DNA from: an uncultured Acidobacteriota bacterium
GTDB taxonomy: Bacteria > Acidobacteriota > Thermoanaerobaculia > Gp7-AA8
NCBI GenBank assembly: GCA_963822445.1
Contig: CAWGHO010000003.1
Coordinates: 1,632,001-1,696,000 of the forward strand
Direction of reading: 5' to 3'
Length of the DNA: 64,000 nucleotides
Shown: positions 19,890-30,629 of the stretch, piece after piece
How the letters are laid out: the number at the start of each line of letters is the position of its first letter
Numbering within the stretch: the first letter of the stretch is position 1
The notes under the pieces: model-generated
What the model was told of the DNA's origin: nothing
The model's database searches: none
Seen by the model: only the letters and a program-made list of their open reading frames with translations
Made by a program: the position numbers and the translations under genes

Positions 19890-22323
19890 ATGCCCGGCCT
19901 CTCCGAATACGCCCAGATCGCGATCCCCGTCGCCGTCCACGACACTTACACCTACCGCATCCCTGAGCCGCTCCGCGACGCGGTGCGTCTCGGCTCGCGC
20001 GTCGAAGTTCCGCTCGGCACCAAGACCACGACGGGATTCGTGATCGCGCTGCTCGACCAGACCACCGTCGACGCGAAGAAGATGAAGCCGATCCGGGCCG
20101 TGCTCGATGATGAAGAACCGGCGCTGATTCCGGAGATCATCGACCTCTGTCGCTGGGCGGCCGAGTACTACATCGCTCCGCCCGGCGAAATGCTGCGCGT
20201 GGCGTTGCCCGCGAACATGGCCGCGCGCGGACGGCGACAGGCGGTGCTGACCGGCGACGCGGCGATGATCGAAAGCGCGATCGAGCGCAAACAGATTCTT
20301 CCCGCGGACCTGGCCGTCGTCGACGAGCTTTCCAAACGGCCCGTCGCCCTCAATTCCCTGTTCGAAGACATGAAGGTGTCGCGATCGGCGATCGAGCGAT
20401 TGCGCGATGCCGGGATCATCGCCATTCACGATCGTCTGCGCGATGCCGAGGGCGTGCGTTACGACCGGTTCGTGATTCTCGAAAGCGCACCTGGACCGCT
20501 CACGCCCAAGCAGGAAGCCGCGGCGGACTTGTTGCGTGCGCGTGGCGGCGAGCTTTCCGTTCGTGCGCTCGAGCATGGCGGCGTGAGTGCGTCGGTTCTT
20601 TCGGCGTTGCTGAAGAAAGGGGTCGTGCGCATCGAGCGCCGCGCGCGCCGTCACACCCTCGACGCCTTCCTGGCCGGCCTCGGCGAAGTGCCGACGGGCG
20701 AGATCACCTACTCGGACGAACAACGCGCTGCAATCGCCGCGGTCCGTCCGGCCCTGGGCACATTCGCGCCGTTTCTTCTCGAAGGGGTCACCGGGAGCGG
20801 GAAGACCGAGGTTTACATCGAGTTGATGCGGGAAGTGGTGAAGCGGGGAGAGCAGGCCATCCTGCTCGTGCCGGAAATCTCGCTGACGCCCGTCTTCGCC
20901 TCGCGATTGAAAGAGCGCTTCGGCGAGCGCATCGCCATCCTGCACAGCAACCTCTCCGCGAGCGAGCGTTACGACCAATGGTGGCGCGCGCGGCGCGGCG
21001 AAGTCGACGTCGCGATCGGTCCGCGTTCCGCGCTCTTCACGCCGTTCCAGCGGCTCGGACTCATCGTCGTCGACGAAGAAGGCGACGGTGCCTACAAGCA
21101 GGAAGAAACGCCGCGCTACAACGCGCGCGATCTCGCTGTCGTGCGCGCGCAACTGCGCAAGATTCCGGTCGATTCTCGGTTCAGCTACGCCGTCGCTCGA
21201 ATCGCGCGAGAACGCCGCTCGCGGCAAGTACACGTTGCTTCGAATGACCGCGCGCGTTGAGGCACGGCCGCTACCGGACGTGGAGATCATTGACTTGCGC
21301 AAAGAGCGCGCGGAGAAGGAAGACAAAGGCTTCGTCATCTTCTCGACCGATCTGAAGAGAGCGCTGCACGAGACGTTCGAGGCCGGCGAGCAGGCGATCA
21401 TCCTCATCAATCGCCGCGGCTACGCGCCGTACCTGCTCTGCCGCGAATGCGGCCACGAGTTCCGCTGCCGCGACTGCAGCGTGACGATGACCGTCCATCG
21501 CCGCGAGGGTCTGCTGATCTGCCATTACTGCGGTCTCAGCGCGCAGATGCCGAAACGCTGTCCGCTCTGTCAGGGCGAAGTGCTGCAGCCGATCGGCTTC
21601 GGCACGGAAAAGGTCGAAGAACGGTTTCTGCGCGATTTTCCGGGCATTTCCTCGGCTGTTCTCGATCGCGACTCGACCCGTAAGAAAGGATCGCTGGTCG
21701 GGATCCTCGATCGCTTTCGTCGCGGCGAGACGCGGGCGTTGATCGGCACGCAGATGTTGAGCAAGGGCCACCACTTTCCCAGCGTCACCCTCACCGCCGT
21801 GCTCAACGCCGACTCGATCCTCGGCTATCCCGACTTCCGGTCCGCGGAGAAGACGTTCTACCTGCTCACCCAGGTCGCGGGACGCTCCGGCCGCGGCGAG
21901 TTGCGCGGGAAGGTGCTGATTCAAACCGCTTTTCCGACGCATTACGCGATTCAGCACGCGCTGCGGCATGACTACGAGTCGTTCTACGAAGCGGAGATCC
22001 AGTTCCGCAAGACGTTTCACTACCCGCCGGTGACGTCGATGATCGCCATCCTCTTTCGCGGCGAGAATCTGACCGACGTCGAGCGCGCCGCGACCGAATG
22101 CGGCCGCATGCTGGAGGAGGCACTCGAGCCACAGGCCGGATCACGCATTCAGGGACCGGCCGCGGCGCCCCTCGCTCGCATCAAAGGCGTCTGGCGGTTT
22201 CAGATCCTGTTGCGCTCGCCTCAGCGGATCGCACTGCGCCGCGCGGTCGAAGCGGTGATGCTTCCGCGAAAGTTCAAAGGAGTGGACATCGCCATCGACG
22301 TCGATCCGATTAACATTCTCTGA
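19890..22323 (+). CDS. priA: Primosomal protein N' (one apparent +1 indel near 21171)
   Basis: GVTGSGKTEVY, LVPEISLT, DEE..AYKQEETPRYNARD, then ILGSATPSLES, CxxC zinc fingers, GTQMLSKGHHFP, IDVDPINIL in the shifted frame. Confidence 0.93.
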
Positions 22324-23589
22324 ATGCTCGCCGAGCTCGTTCTCGTGACCCGCCTCCTCGGACTCCTCAGAGGCGAATACCAGGTCGCGATTCAGGTCGA
22401 TCCGAAAGTCGCGCGGGTCGATCTTCTGCGCGACGGCCAGATCGCTGCGACCGTCAAAGGCGCGCCGTGGCAGGCCTTGCTCAATTTCGGCGAAGAGCTG
22501 GTTCCACAGGAGCTCACCGCGGTCGCCTACGACGCGAACGGCACCGAAGTCGGACGGGACACGCAGCTCGTGAATCTGCCGCGTCCTCCCGCGGAAGCCT
22601 CGATCGATCTGCGGCGCGAAGCGAACGGCTTACGCGCGACCGTGCTATGGCAGCACATCGCCTCCGCGAACATCCGCCACATCACCTGGAAGCTCGACGG
22701 AAAGGATCTCGGAGGGGACGGCCCGACGGTGCTGCTTCCGCCGTTCGAAGCGAAGAATCTGCATGTCGTCGAAGCCGCGGTGACGTTCCGCGACGGCGTC
22801 GTCGCGCGGCACGAGCGCGTTTTCGGCGGCGTGTTCACCGAGGAGGTGCCGACCGAGCTGACTGGGATCGTGGTTCGCCGTGAGGAGGGTTCTACCGATC
22901 TCGCGCGCTGCTTCAGTCTGCGCGGTGACCCTGTTCCGGCGGCGGCCGTCGAGCTGGGGGATTCACCGATCGTCATGTTTGTGCGCAATCCTGATGGTGC
23001 GCAGGCCCGGTACGCGTTGGGAAAGCTCAGCCCCGGCGGGAACGTCAATCGATTCGACCTCGCCTCCGACGTCCGGATCATCTGGCCGAATGCGACCGCG
23101 ATCGTCGCGAAAGAAACGCGGTTCGTAACGAACCTGTTCGAGCACACTCAGGTCATCCCCGGGAAACGCGGCACGTATGAATTGCTAACCGGCGGAGCAC
23201 GGCCGCGGAAGATCGAGCATCGTTATGCCGACGCGGTTGCGGTCGCGGGGCTTCACGCGGCCCTCGGAGCGCGGCGGCGCGCGGTCGTACTGGTGCTCGG
23301 AAGCGAGAAGGATCACAGCCGTTTGAATGCGCAGGTGGTTAAGCGTTACCTCGAGCGGATCGGCGTGCCGCTGCAGGTCTGGTCGCTGCTCCGTTCGAGC
23401 AAGAACATCGCCGCGGTCTGGGGAGATGTGGTCGATGTTTCCGATCAGAAGAAGCTGCAGCGCGCGACCGCGGATCTGCAGAGAGACCTCGATGAGCAGC
23501 GCGTGGCCTGGTTGCCGTTGAAGCCACTGGATGCGCTGAAGGTGGAGACCGAGGAAGACTGCGCGCTCGAGCCGGTCGCGCGGCCGTAA
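22324..23589 (+). CDS. Hypothetical protein (Ig-like N-terminus, possible degenerate VWA-like C-terminus)
   Basis: 421-aa ORF abutting priA; ELTAVAYDANGTEVGRD resembles Ig-like repeats; RRAVVLV...D.S...YLERIGVPLQV resembles a VWA core (inference). Confidence 0.65.
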   Translation: MLAELVLVTRLLGLLRGEYQVAIQVDPKVARVDLLRDGQIAATVKGAPWQALLNFGEELVPQELTAVAYDANGTEVGRDTQLVNLPRPPAEASIDLRREANGLRATVLWQHIASANIRHITWKLDGKDLGGDGPTVLLPPFEAKNLHVVEAAVTFRDGVVARHERVFGGVFTEEVPTELTGIVVRREEGSTDLARCFSLRGDPVPAAAVELGDSPIVMFVRNPDGAQARYALGKLSPGGNVNRFDLASDVRIIWPNATAIVAKETRFVTNLFEHTQVIPGKRGTYELLTGGARPRKIEHRYADAVAVAGLHAALGARRRAVVLVLGSEKDHSRLNAQVVKRYLERIGVPLQVWSLLRSSKNIAAVWGDVVDVSDQKKLQRATADLQRDLDEQRVAWLPLKPLDALKVETEEDCALEPVARP

Positions 23590-23590
23590 G

Positions 23591-23658
23591 GGTGTGGTGT
23601 AGGCCTCTGGCCTGCCTTTCCCAGCGCTCCGAGGCAGGCCGGAGGCCTGCACCACACC
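23591..23658. repeat. REP/REPIN-like palindrome between convergent genes
   Basis: 27-bp arms GGTGTGGTGTAGGCCTCTGGCCTGCCT / AGGCAGGCCGGAGGCCTGCACCACACC, 25/27 complementary plus two T-G wobbles; internal AGGCC-GGCCT hairpin in each arm. Confidence 0.85.
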
Positions 23659-24261
23659 TCAGGCCATCGGCTCGCGACGAAGCGGCTCGTTCAACACGAC
23701 CAGCCCTTCATACAACCGCTCATCGATGCCCGGATCGATCTCGCGGATGCGCGGCACGAGCCGCTGCACGTGATCGATGACGCTCAACATCGCCGCCCAG
23801 AGAGGCTCGGCATTCGAGCGCTCGAAGGTCTGGAAAGGGAAGCGGCGGCCGAACGTCTCCGCGTCGGCTTCCTTCAGATTCGTGACCGCGTGACTGATGC
23901 TCCAGCTGACCCGATTGGCGAGATCCGCCGGTGGATGATTGTTGCCGCGGGGGCGGCGCGCGACGTCGGCAACGCGATCGATGTCGCGGCATAGCGCGCG
24001 CAGCTCGTGCTCGAGCGGCGAGTGACGCGGATCGTTTCCCGGAAGCGCCGCATACACGGCATACAGCTTCTCGATGCGGTGGCGCAGGTCGCCGTCGAGC
24101 TTCTGGATCATCCAGCCGATGGCCGGGACATGGCGCATGCGCTCGTTGTCGCGCCAGTGCTCCTGCAACGAAAGTTGTGCAGTCGGTTCGGGCGTCACAG
24201 GCTCCGGTGCAGAGCCTTCTGGATCATCACTCGGAGTGACCGGTTCTTCAGTTGCCAGCAT
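23659..24261 (-). CDS. Hypothetical protein (200 aa, predicted helical)
   Basis: ATG after an AAAGAAAG purine tract; fills the gap divergent from accA; no recognised motif. Confidence 0.7.
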   Translation of the reverse strand: MLATEEPVTPSDDPEGSAPEPVTPEPTAQLSLQEHWRDNERMRHVPAIGWMIQKLDGDLRHRIEKLYAVYAALPGNDPRHSPLEHELRALCRDIDRVADVARRPRGNNHPPADLANRVSWSISHAVTNLKEADAETFGRRFPFQTFERSNAEPLWAAMLSVIDHVQRLVPRIREIDPGIDERLYEGLVVLNEPLRREPMA

Positions 24262-24289
24262 GTACTTTCTTTGTTAGGGTCCACCCGCG

Positions 24290-25244
24290 ATGAGCGCCGA
24301 CCCGACGCAGTTCGAAGAGCCAATCCTCCGTATTCGGCGTCGCATCGATGAGCTCACGGCACTGGAGTCGGAGCCGGCGCGGGAAGCTGAGATCGCTGAG
24401 CTGCGGACGAAGCTTACCAAAGTCTCCTCTGAAATCTACTCGAACCTCACCCCTTGGCAGAAGACGCTGGTCGCGCGCAACGCCCAGCGGCCCTACACCC
24501 TCGACTTCATCGCCATGATGTTCGAGGAGTGGACGGAGATCCACGGCGACCGCAAGTTCTGGGACGACATGGCCGTGGTGACTGGATTTGCCCGCTTCCG
24601 GGGCACGCCCTGCTGCGTGATCGGCCATCAGAAGGGGCGGAACACCAAGGAAAAGATCGCCCGCAACTTCGGCCAGCCCCGTCCGGAAGGCTTTCGCAAG
24701 GCGCTTGCGGGTGATGAAGCTGGCGGAGAAATTCAAGCTGCCGATCTTCACCTTCATCGACACGCCAGGGCGCGTATCCCGGCATCGGCGCCGAAGAGCG
24801 CGGACAGGCCGAGGCCATCGCCGTGAACCTGCGGGAGATGGCCGCGCTGAAGGTGCCGATCATCGTCACGGTGATCGGCGAAGGCGGCAGCGGCGGCGCA
24901 CTGGCGCTCGGCGTCGGCGATCGCGTCCTGATGCTCGAGCATGCTGTCTACTCGGTCATCTCGCCCGAGGGATGTGCCGCGATTCTCTGGAAGAACTCGG
25001 CCGCTGCACCGGATGCCGCGGCGGCGCATGAAGATCACCGCCGAGCGATCTCAACAAGCTCGGCGTCATCGACGAGATCGTCCCCGAGCCCAACGGCGGC
25101 GCGCACGCCGACCCTGCCGCGGCAGCCGAGCTGCTCGCGCCTTACCTCGAGCGCGCGCTCAAGGACGTGCAGAAGTTGAAAGGGCCGGCGCTGCTGGACG
25201 AGCGGTTCAAGAAGTTCAGGAAGATGGGGGTTTTCGAGAAGTAG
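24290..25244 (+). CDS. accA: Acetyl-CoA carboxylase carboxyltransferase alpha (about four apparent +1 indels)
   Basis: [39 protein letters not shown] (shifted), [37 protein letters not shown] across frames. Confidence 0.9.
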
Positions 25245-25294
25245 TCTACCGGGCAGTCGCATGAATTTCCCCATTTGCGCTACCCTCCCAAACG

Positions 25295-26963
25295 GTGATC
25301 CACGACCTCTGGACCCTCGCCACACCACCCCCTGACAACCCGCGGATTCCCATCGCCAACGCGACGTTGCGCTCGCTGCTCATCCGTCGCGGCGTCGAGG
25401 ACGAGGAGTCGTACCGGCGGTTCGTCGCGCCGGCGATCGGCGATCTGCACGACCCTCCACGATTCACGGAATCGACCATGCCTGCGAGCGCATCGCCCGC
25501 GCTGTTCGCGACAAAGAAGGGATCGTCATCTACGGCGACTACGACGTCGACGGCGTCACCTCGATCGTCCTGCTGCAAACCGTCCTCAAGTCCCTCGGCG
25601 CGGACGCCGGCTTCGTCGTCCCGCATCGCCTCGTCGACGGCTACGGACTCAAGACCGAAGTGCTGGAGCGCGTGCTGGCCGAGCGGAACGTAAAGCTCGT
25701 AATCACAGTGGATTGCGGCATCACCAGCATCGAGCCGGTGCGTCGCGCGCTCGGCCCAGGGCATCGACGTCATCATCACCGACCACCACCTGCCGCCGGG
25801 CGAGCTTCCCGATGCCGCGGCGGTGCTGAATCCGAAGCAGCCCGGATGCGAGTATCCGTTCAAGGAGCTGGCGGGAGTCGGCGTGGCCTTCAAGCTCTGT
25901 TGCGAGTTGATCCGCCGGGCGGGGAAGAAGATCTCCATCGACTCGCTGCTGAAGATCGCCGCCATCGGTACCATCGCCGACGTCGCACCGCTGATCGGCG
26001 AGAACCGCACCATCGCCAGCCTCGGACTCGCCGGTCTGGCCACCGTCCGGAACGCCGGTCTTCGGGCGCATGTTGCGGCGCCTGGGCCTCGAAGGGCGGC
26101 CTCTACGAGCGGTAGACGTCGGCTTCAAGATCGGACCACGAATCAACGCCGCGGGACGCCTCGCATCCGCGAATACGGCCATCGATCTTTTCGCGGCGGT
26201 TGATGAAGAAGCAGCGTGGGAGCTCTGCGCGGAGCTCGACCGGATGAATGTCGAGCGCCAGCAGATCGAGCTGCAGGTGCGCGAGGCGGCCGAAGCGCAG
26301 GTGCTTGGCGGCGAGCGCATCCTGATCCTCGCCGGCGAGGGCTGGCACCGCGGGGTCCTCGGCCTGACCGCCGGCCGCATCGCCCAGCGCTATCACCGTC
26401 CGACGCTGGTCATGACCATCGAAGGTGACCTGTGCGTCGGTTCGGGCCGCAGCATCACCACCATCAACCTGCACGAGCAGCTCGACGCGGTGCACGAGCT
26501 CTTCACCCATTTCGGCGGCCACGAGTTCGCCTGTGGTTTTTCGCTCGAGACGCGCAATCTGCCGGCTCTGCGCGAACTGCTGCACGCACGCTTCGCCGCG
26601 ATCGACGAAGAGCGTTTCTGCCGCGAAGCCCACATCGACGCGACGCTGACGCTCAGCGAGGTCGGCGAGGAGTTCCTCGCCGCACACGAGATGCTCCAGC
26701 CTTTCGGTGCCGGCAATCCGCAGCCGCTGTTTCTCATCGAGAACGTCGAGATCACCGGCACGCGCACGTTTGCGGAGGATTGCTGCGAGCTGTCGCTGAA
26801 GGACGCGACGGGGAGGGCGGTGGGGGTGTTGTGGCCGAGCGCGAAGCAGCTCGCCGGTGCGATCGCGAAAGGGCCTTTGGATCTGCTCGTGAAGCTCGAG
26901 CCGGATCGGTATCACGCAGCCCGGCTCGAGATCGTCGACGCGCGCGTCACCGCATCTGCGTAG
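25295..26963 (+). CDS. recJ: Single-stranded-DNA exonuclease RecJ (about three apparent indels)
   Basis: IYGDYDVDG, ITVDCG, ITDHH, LAGVGVAFKL, GTIADVAPL.GENR, GPRINAAGR, GSGRS, FGGH across frames. Confidence 0.92.
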
Positions 26964-27375
26964 CCGGTTTCACGAACCCCCGGTGGCAGGTCGTGCAATT
27001 CACCGTGGCCTCGGTGTTGTCGATGTGGTCCATCGTCGCCAGCTTTTTGTTCAGCTCCTCGGTCATCAGGATCATTTCGCGAGCGGCGTTCTTGGGCCGC
27101 TTCTCGTCGGCCTCCCAGCGATCCTCGCTGTGGCAATGGTCGCAGCCGACGCCGAGGGAGCGGGAGTAGCCGATGTCCATGACGCGGAGGAAGCGGGCGG
27201 CCGGCATCGACTTGAGAATCGTGACGTTCCTGAAGACTTCGCCGGCGGGCCGGTTCTCCTTGCCTTTGATGGCCTGGAGCAGCTCGGTGACGTGGTGGTT
27301 TTCCTTCGGAGCCTCGCCGGCGCCGAGAAAGAGGAACATCGCGGCGAGCGCGACCGCAACACGGATCCGCATCAT
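26947..27375 (-). CDS. Periplasmic diheme c-type cytochrome, photosynthetic-reaction-centre cytochrome c-like
   Basis: Signal peptide; two CxxCH motifs (CDHCH, CTTCH); SLGVGC.HCH and AREMI.M...LN...VNC.TCHRG pattern; AGGAGG SD. Confidence 0.8.
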   Translation of the reverse strand: MMRIRVAVALAAMFLFLGAGEAPKENHHVTELLQAIKGKENRPAGEVFRNVTILKSMPAARFLRVMDIGYSRSLGVGCDHCHSEDRWEADEKRPKNAAREMILMTEELNKKLATMDHIDNTEATVNCTTCHRGFVKPATQMR

Positions 27376-27449
27376 GACCTCCTGATGTCGGCCGATCGTA
27401 CACGGCGGTCGGAACGAATCCCGTGGCGAAGGTGTTACGGCCCAACGAC

Positions 27450-29412
27450 ATGCAGCGCACAGTCCGAGTCCTGCGCATCGCGCTGCCCATCCTCTTCGTC
27501 GGTTTCGTGGCCGTGCTCGTCCTGAGTTGGAACCGAAGCACAGCCGGAACCCGCAAGACGAACACTGCTCCGGTCACCTCCACCCAGCGCCCGAACGACA
27601 AAGGTCTCGTAGAAGGCATGGCCTTCGAGGACGTGCAGACGATCGGCGGGCGGGTCGTCTCGCGGATTCGCGCGCGCCGGGTCACGTCGCATGAGTCGGG
27701 CTGGGCCACGCTCGAAGAGGCGTACCTGACCGTGTACCGCGCGAATGGTCTGACCTACGAGGTGGCCTGTCCGCAGGCGCAGTTCCACGCCGACACCAAG
27801 GAGGCCGAGGCCAAGGGCGGTGTGAGCGTGACGTCGAGCGACGGCATTTCGCTGAAGACCGCGGAGATCAAGTTCGACGGGAACCGGCTCACGAATGATG
27901 TGGCGGTGGAGTTCACCATCGATCGCTGGCAAGGCAAGGCCGGCGCGCTCGATCTGGATGTCGCCGGCGAGACATTGCGCCTGCACAAGAACGTTACTGC
28001 GGTGATGACACCGGCCAGCCCGACGGAGCTGCCGATGACCCTGAGCGGCGAGCAGAGCATCTTCCATCGCCGCGACAACACAGTCAGCCTTCGAAAAATC
28101 GGTGGAGATGGTGCGCGGCCCGGAGAACGTGAAGGCCGATTTCGTGATCGGACGCTTCACCCAGGACCGCAAGCAGATCATCGGCCTCGAGGGCAACGGC
28201 AACGCCAAGATCGTCATGGCCGGGTCCACTGCACCAGGCGAAGACCTCGGCGGCCGCAAAGAGATCACCTGCGACGGGTTCTTCACCGAGATCGGACCCG
28301 GTGGCGAGCTCACCGCGATCAACGCCCGCAGCGCGGAGAACCTGGCGAAAGCGATCCTCGACGGGCCGCCGCGCCGCGAGATCACCGCGCGTGGGTTCCG
28401 CGTGGCGCTCGCGAACAAAGCGGTCACCGAGATCAAAGCCGACTGGCAGGTGGTGATGAAGGAGCTCGGTCCGGCGCCGCGCGAGATTCTCTCGGAGCAT
28501 GTGACCGTTTACTTCGATCCGAACTCGCGGCGCGCCCGCTCGGCGTATCTCGAAGGCAACTTCCGCTACACCGATCCGAAGACCACCGCGTCGGCGTTCC
28601 GCGCGAACTACGACATCGCTGGCGATCGCATCGTGCTGACCACCGATCCGGGCTGGCAGGCGACAGTCGTCGCCGACGGCCACACGCTGAAAGCGAAGCA
28701 GATCGAGTTCTCGCCGCGGGGCCAGACCGCACGCGCATCCGGCGCGGTCATCGCCCAACTCGCGTCGAAGGGGAAGGGAACCGTATCGGCTGACGCGACG
28801 ACGCTCTTTCCATCGGGCAAACCGGTCTTCGTGAATGCCGACGAGCTGCTGATGCGGCAGGCCAATCGCACGGCGGTCTTCACCGGCAACGTGAAAGCCT
28901 GGCAGGACACGAACACGATCCTCACCGATGAGCTGCAGGTGCAGGGAGCAGGCGACGGCGTGACCGCGCGCGGCAACGTGCGCACGATGCTCTACAACAG
29001 TGCCGACCCGCAGCGCCGCACGCCGGTGCAATCGACGAGCGATCAGATGATCGCGCGCAAAAGCGACAAGCGCATCGACCTGGTCGGCAAAGTCACGATC
29101 ATCGACGACGCCCGCCGCCTCGAATCGGAGAAGGCCTCGTTCTTCTTCACCGACGCGCAGAAGATCCAGCGCATCGAGGCGGAGACGAACGTTCGGGTGA
29201 ACGAGATCCCGACGCAACGCAAAGGCGTCGGCGACAAGGCCACGTACAACGTCGACAAGAAGATGATCTACCTGTACGGCTCGCCGGCAACGGTCACCGA
29301 TCCTCGCGGAACGCTGCACGGAGGCCAGATCCTCTTCGATCTGAATCGCAACAAGGTTCAGGTCATCAGTCCGAGCGGTCAGACCACGGGAACGTACAAG
29401 CACGAGGGGTGA
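27450..29412 (+). CDS. LptC/LptA (OstA beta-jellyroll) multidomain LPS transport protein (one apparent +1 indel near 28089)
   Basis: N-terminal TM anchor and LptC-like region, then OstA-like repeats (PVFVNADEL...AVFTGNVKAWQ, GVGDKATYN...IYLYGSPA); directly upstream of lptB. Confidence 0.75.
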
Positions 29413-29432
29413 CCAACCCGCCCGCCTGACCG

Positions 29433-29458
29433 GTTGCTGAGTTGCTGAGTTGCTGGGT
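29433..29458. repeat. Period-8 array C, left arm (GTTGCTGR x3)
   Basis: GTTGCTGA GTTGCTGA GTTGCTGG GT. Confidence 0.88.
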
Positions 29459-29469
29459 AGGATCGGCGC

Positions 29470-29757
29470 GTGTTTGTGACTGTCTGGAAGTTCGTCGTGC
29501 GACCCGAGCGTGCTGCTGAATTTGAGCGGCACTACGGACCGGATGGCTCCTGGGCAGAGCTGTTCCGTCGTTCAGCCGGGTACGTTCGAACGGAGCTGTT
29601 TCGCGGTGACCAGCACGAGTACATCACCATCGACTACTGGGAGAACGCCGACGTCTACCGCGAGTTTCGAGACCGTCACGCTGCCGAGTACGAACGGTTG
29701 GATGCACGGATGGAGGAGCTGACCGAGCGTGAAGAGGCGATTGCCACAACAACCTAG
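29470..29757 (+). CDS. Antibiotic biosynthesis monooxygenase (ABM)-like dimeric alpha-beta barrel protein
   Basis: 95 aa; FVVRPERAAEFERHYGPDGSWAELFRRSAGYVRTEL...YITIDYW; lies between the two arms of array C. Confidence 0.75.
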   Translation: MFVTVWKFVVRPERAAEFERHYGPDGSWAELFRRSAGYVRTELFRGDQHEYITIDYWENADVYREFRDRHAAEYERLDARMEELTEREEAIATTT

Positions 29758-29788
29758 CAACTCAGCAACCCAGCAACTCAGCAACCCC
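29752..29788. repeat. Period-8 array C, right arm (ACYYAGCA x4)
   Basis: ACCTAGCA ACTCAGCA ACCCAGCA ACTCAGCA ACCCC; reverse complement of the left arm; contains the ABM stop codon. Confidence 0.88.
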
Positions 29789-29805
29789 AATACAATGCCC
29801 TCCGC

Positions 29806-30597
29806 GTGACCGAACGCTACAAAGTTACCCCCGACGTAATCAACGACACCACCGCCGCCGCGCCGCAGGGTCTGCGGCTGGCGGCGTCGCATCTGGTGAA
29901 GGTCTTCAAGAGCCGCAAAGTCGTGCGGGACGTGTCGGTCGAGATTCAGCAGGGGGAGATCGTCGGGTCTTCTCGGGCCGAACGGGGCGGGGAAGACCAC
30001 CACCTTCTACATGATCGTCGGCCTGGTCCGCCCGGACGACGGCACGGTCACCCTCGGCGACGACGACATCACCGACCTGCCGATGTATCTCCGTGCGCAA
30101 CGCGGCCTCAGTTATCTGCCGCAGGAGCCGTCGGTGTTTCGCAAGCTCACCGTCGAAGAGAACCTGATGTCGGTCTTCGAGACCATGCGCCTGCCTCTCG
30201 CGGAGCGCGAGCGTCGCACGCAGCAGCTTCTCGAGGAGTTCGGAATCACGCACATCGCGCGGAGCAGGGCCTACGCGCTTTCAGGGGGTGAGAGGCGGCG
30301 TGTGGAGATCGCCCGCAGCCCTCGCCATCAACCCGGCATTCATCTTGCTAGATGAGCCGTTTGCAGGAATCGATCCAATCGCGGTGTTCGAAATCCAACG
30401 CATCGTTTCGCAGCTTCGGGCGCGTGGGATCGGCATTCTGATCACGGACCATAACGTGCGGGAAACTTTGAAGATCACGGATCGCGCCTATATCATCAAA
30501 GAAGGTGAGATCTTCCGGGCCGGGAGTGCCGGAAAGTCTCTCAGCCGACGCAGAGGTCCGCCGCATCTATCTCGGCGAACAATTCAATCTCAACTGA
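29806..30597 (+). CDS. lptB: LPS export ABC transporter ATP-binding protein (about three apparent +1 indels)
   Basis: GEIVG(LL)[75 protein letters not shown] across frames. Confidence 0.92.
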
Positions 30598-30629
30598 CCG
30601 GAGTCGGCACCACAGACGTACCTACCGTA

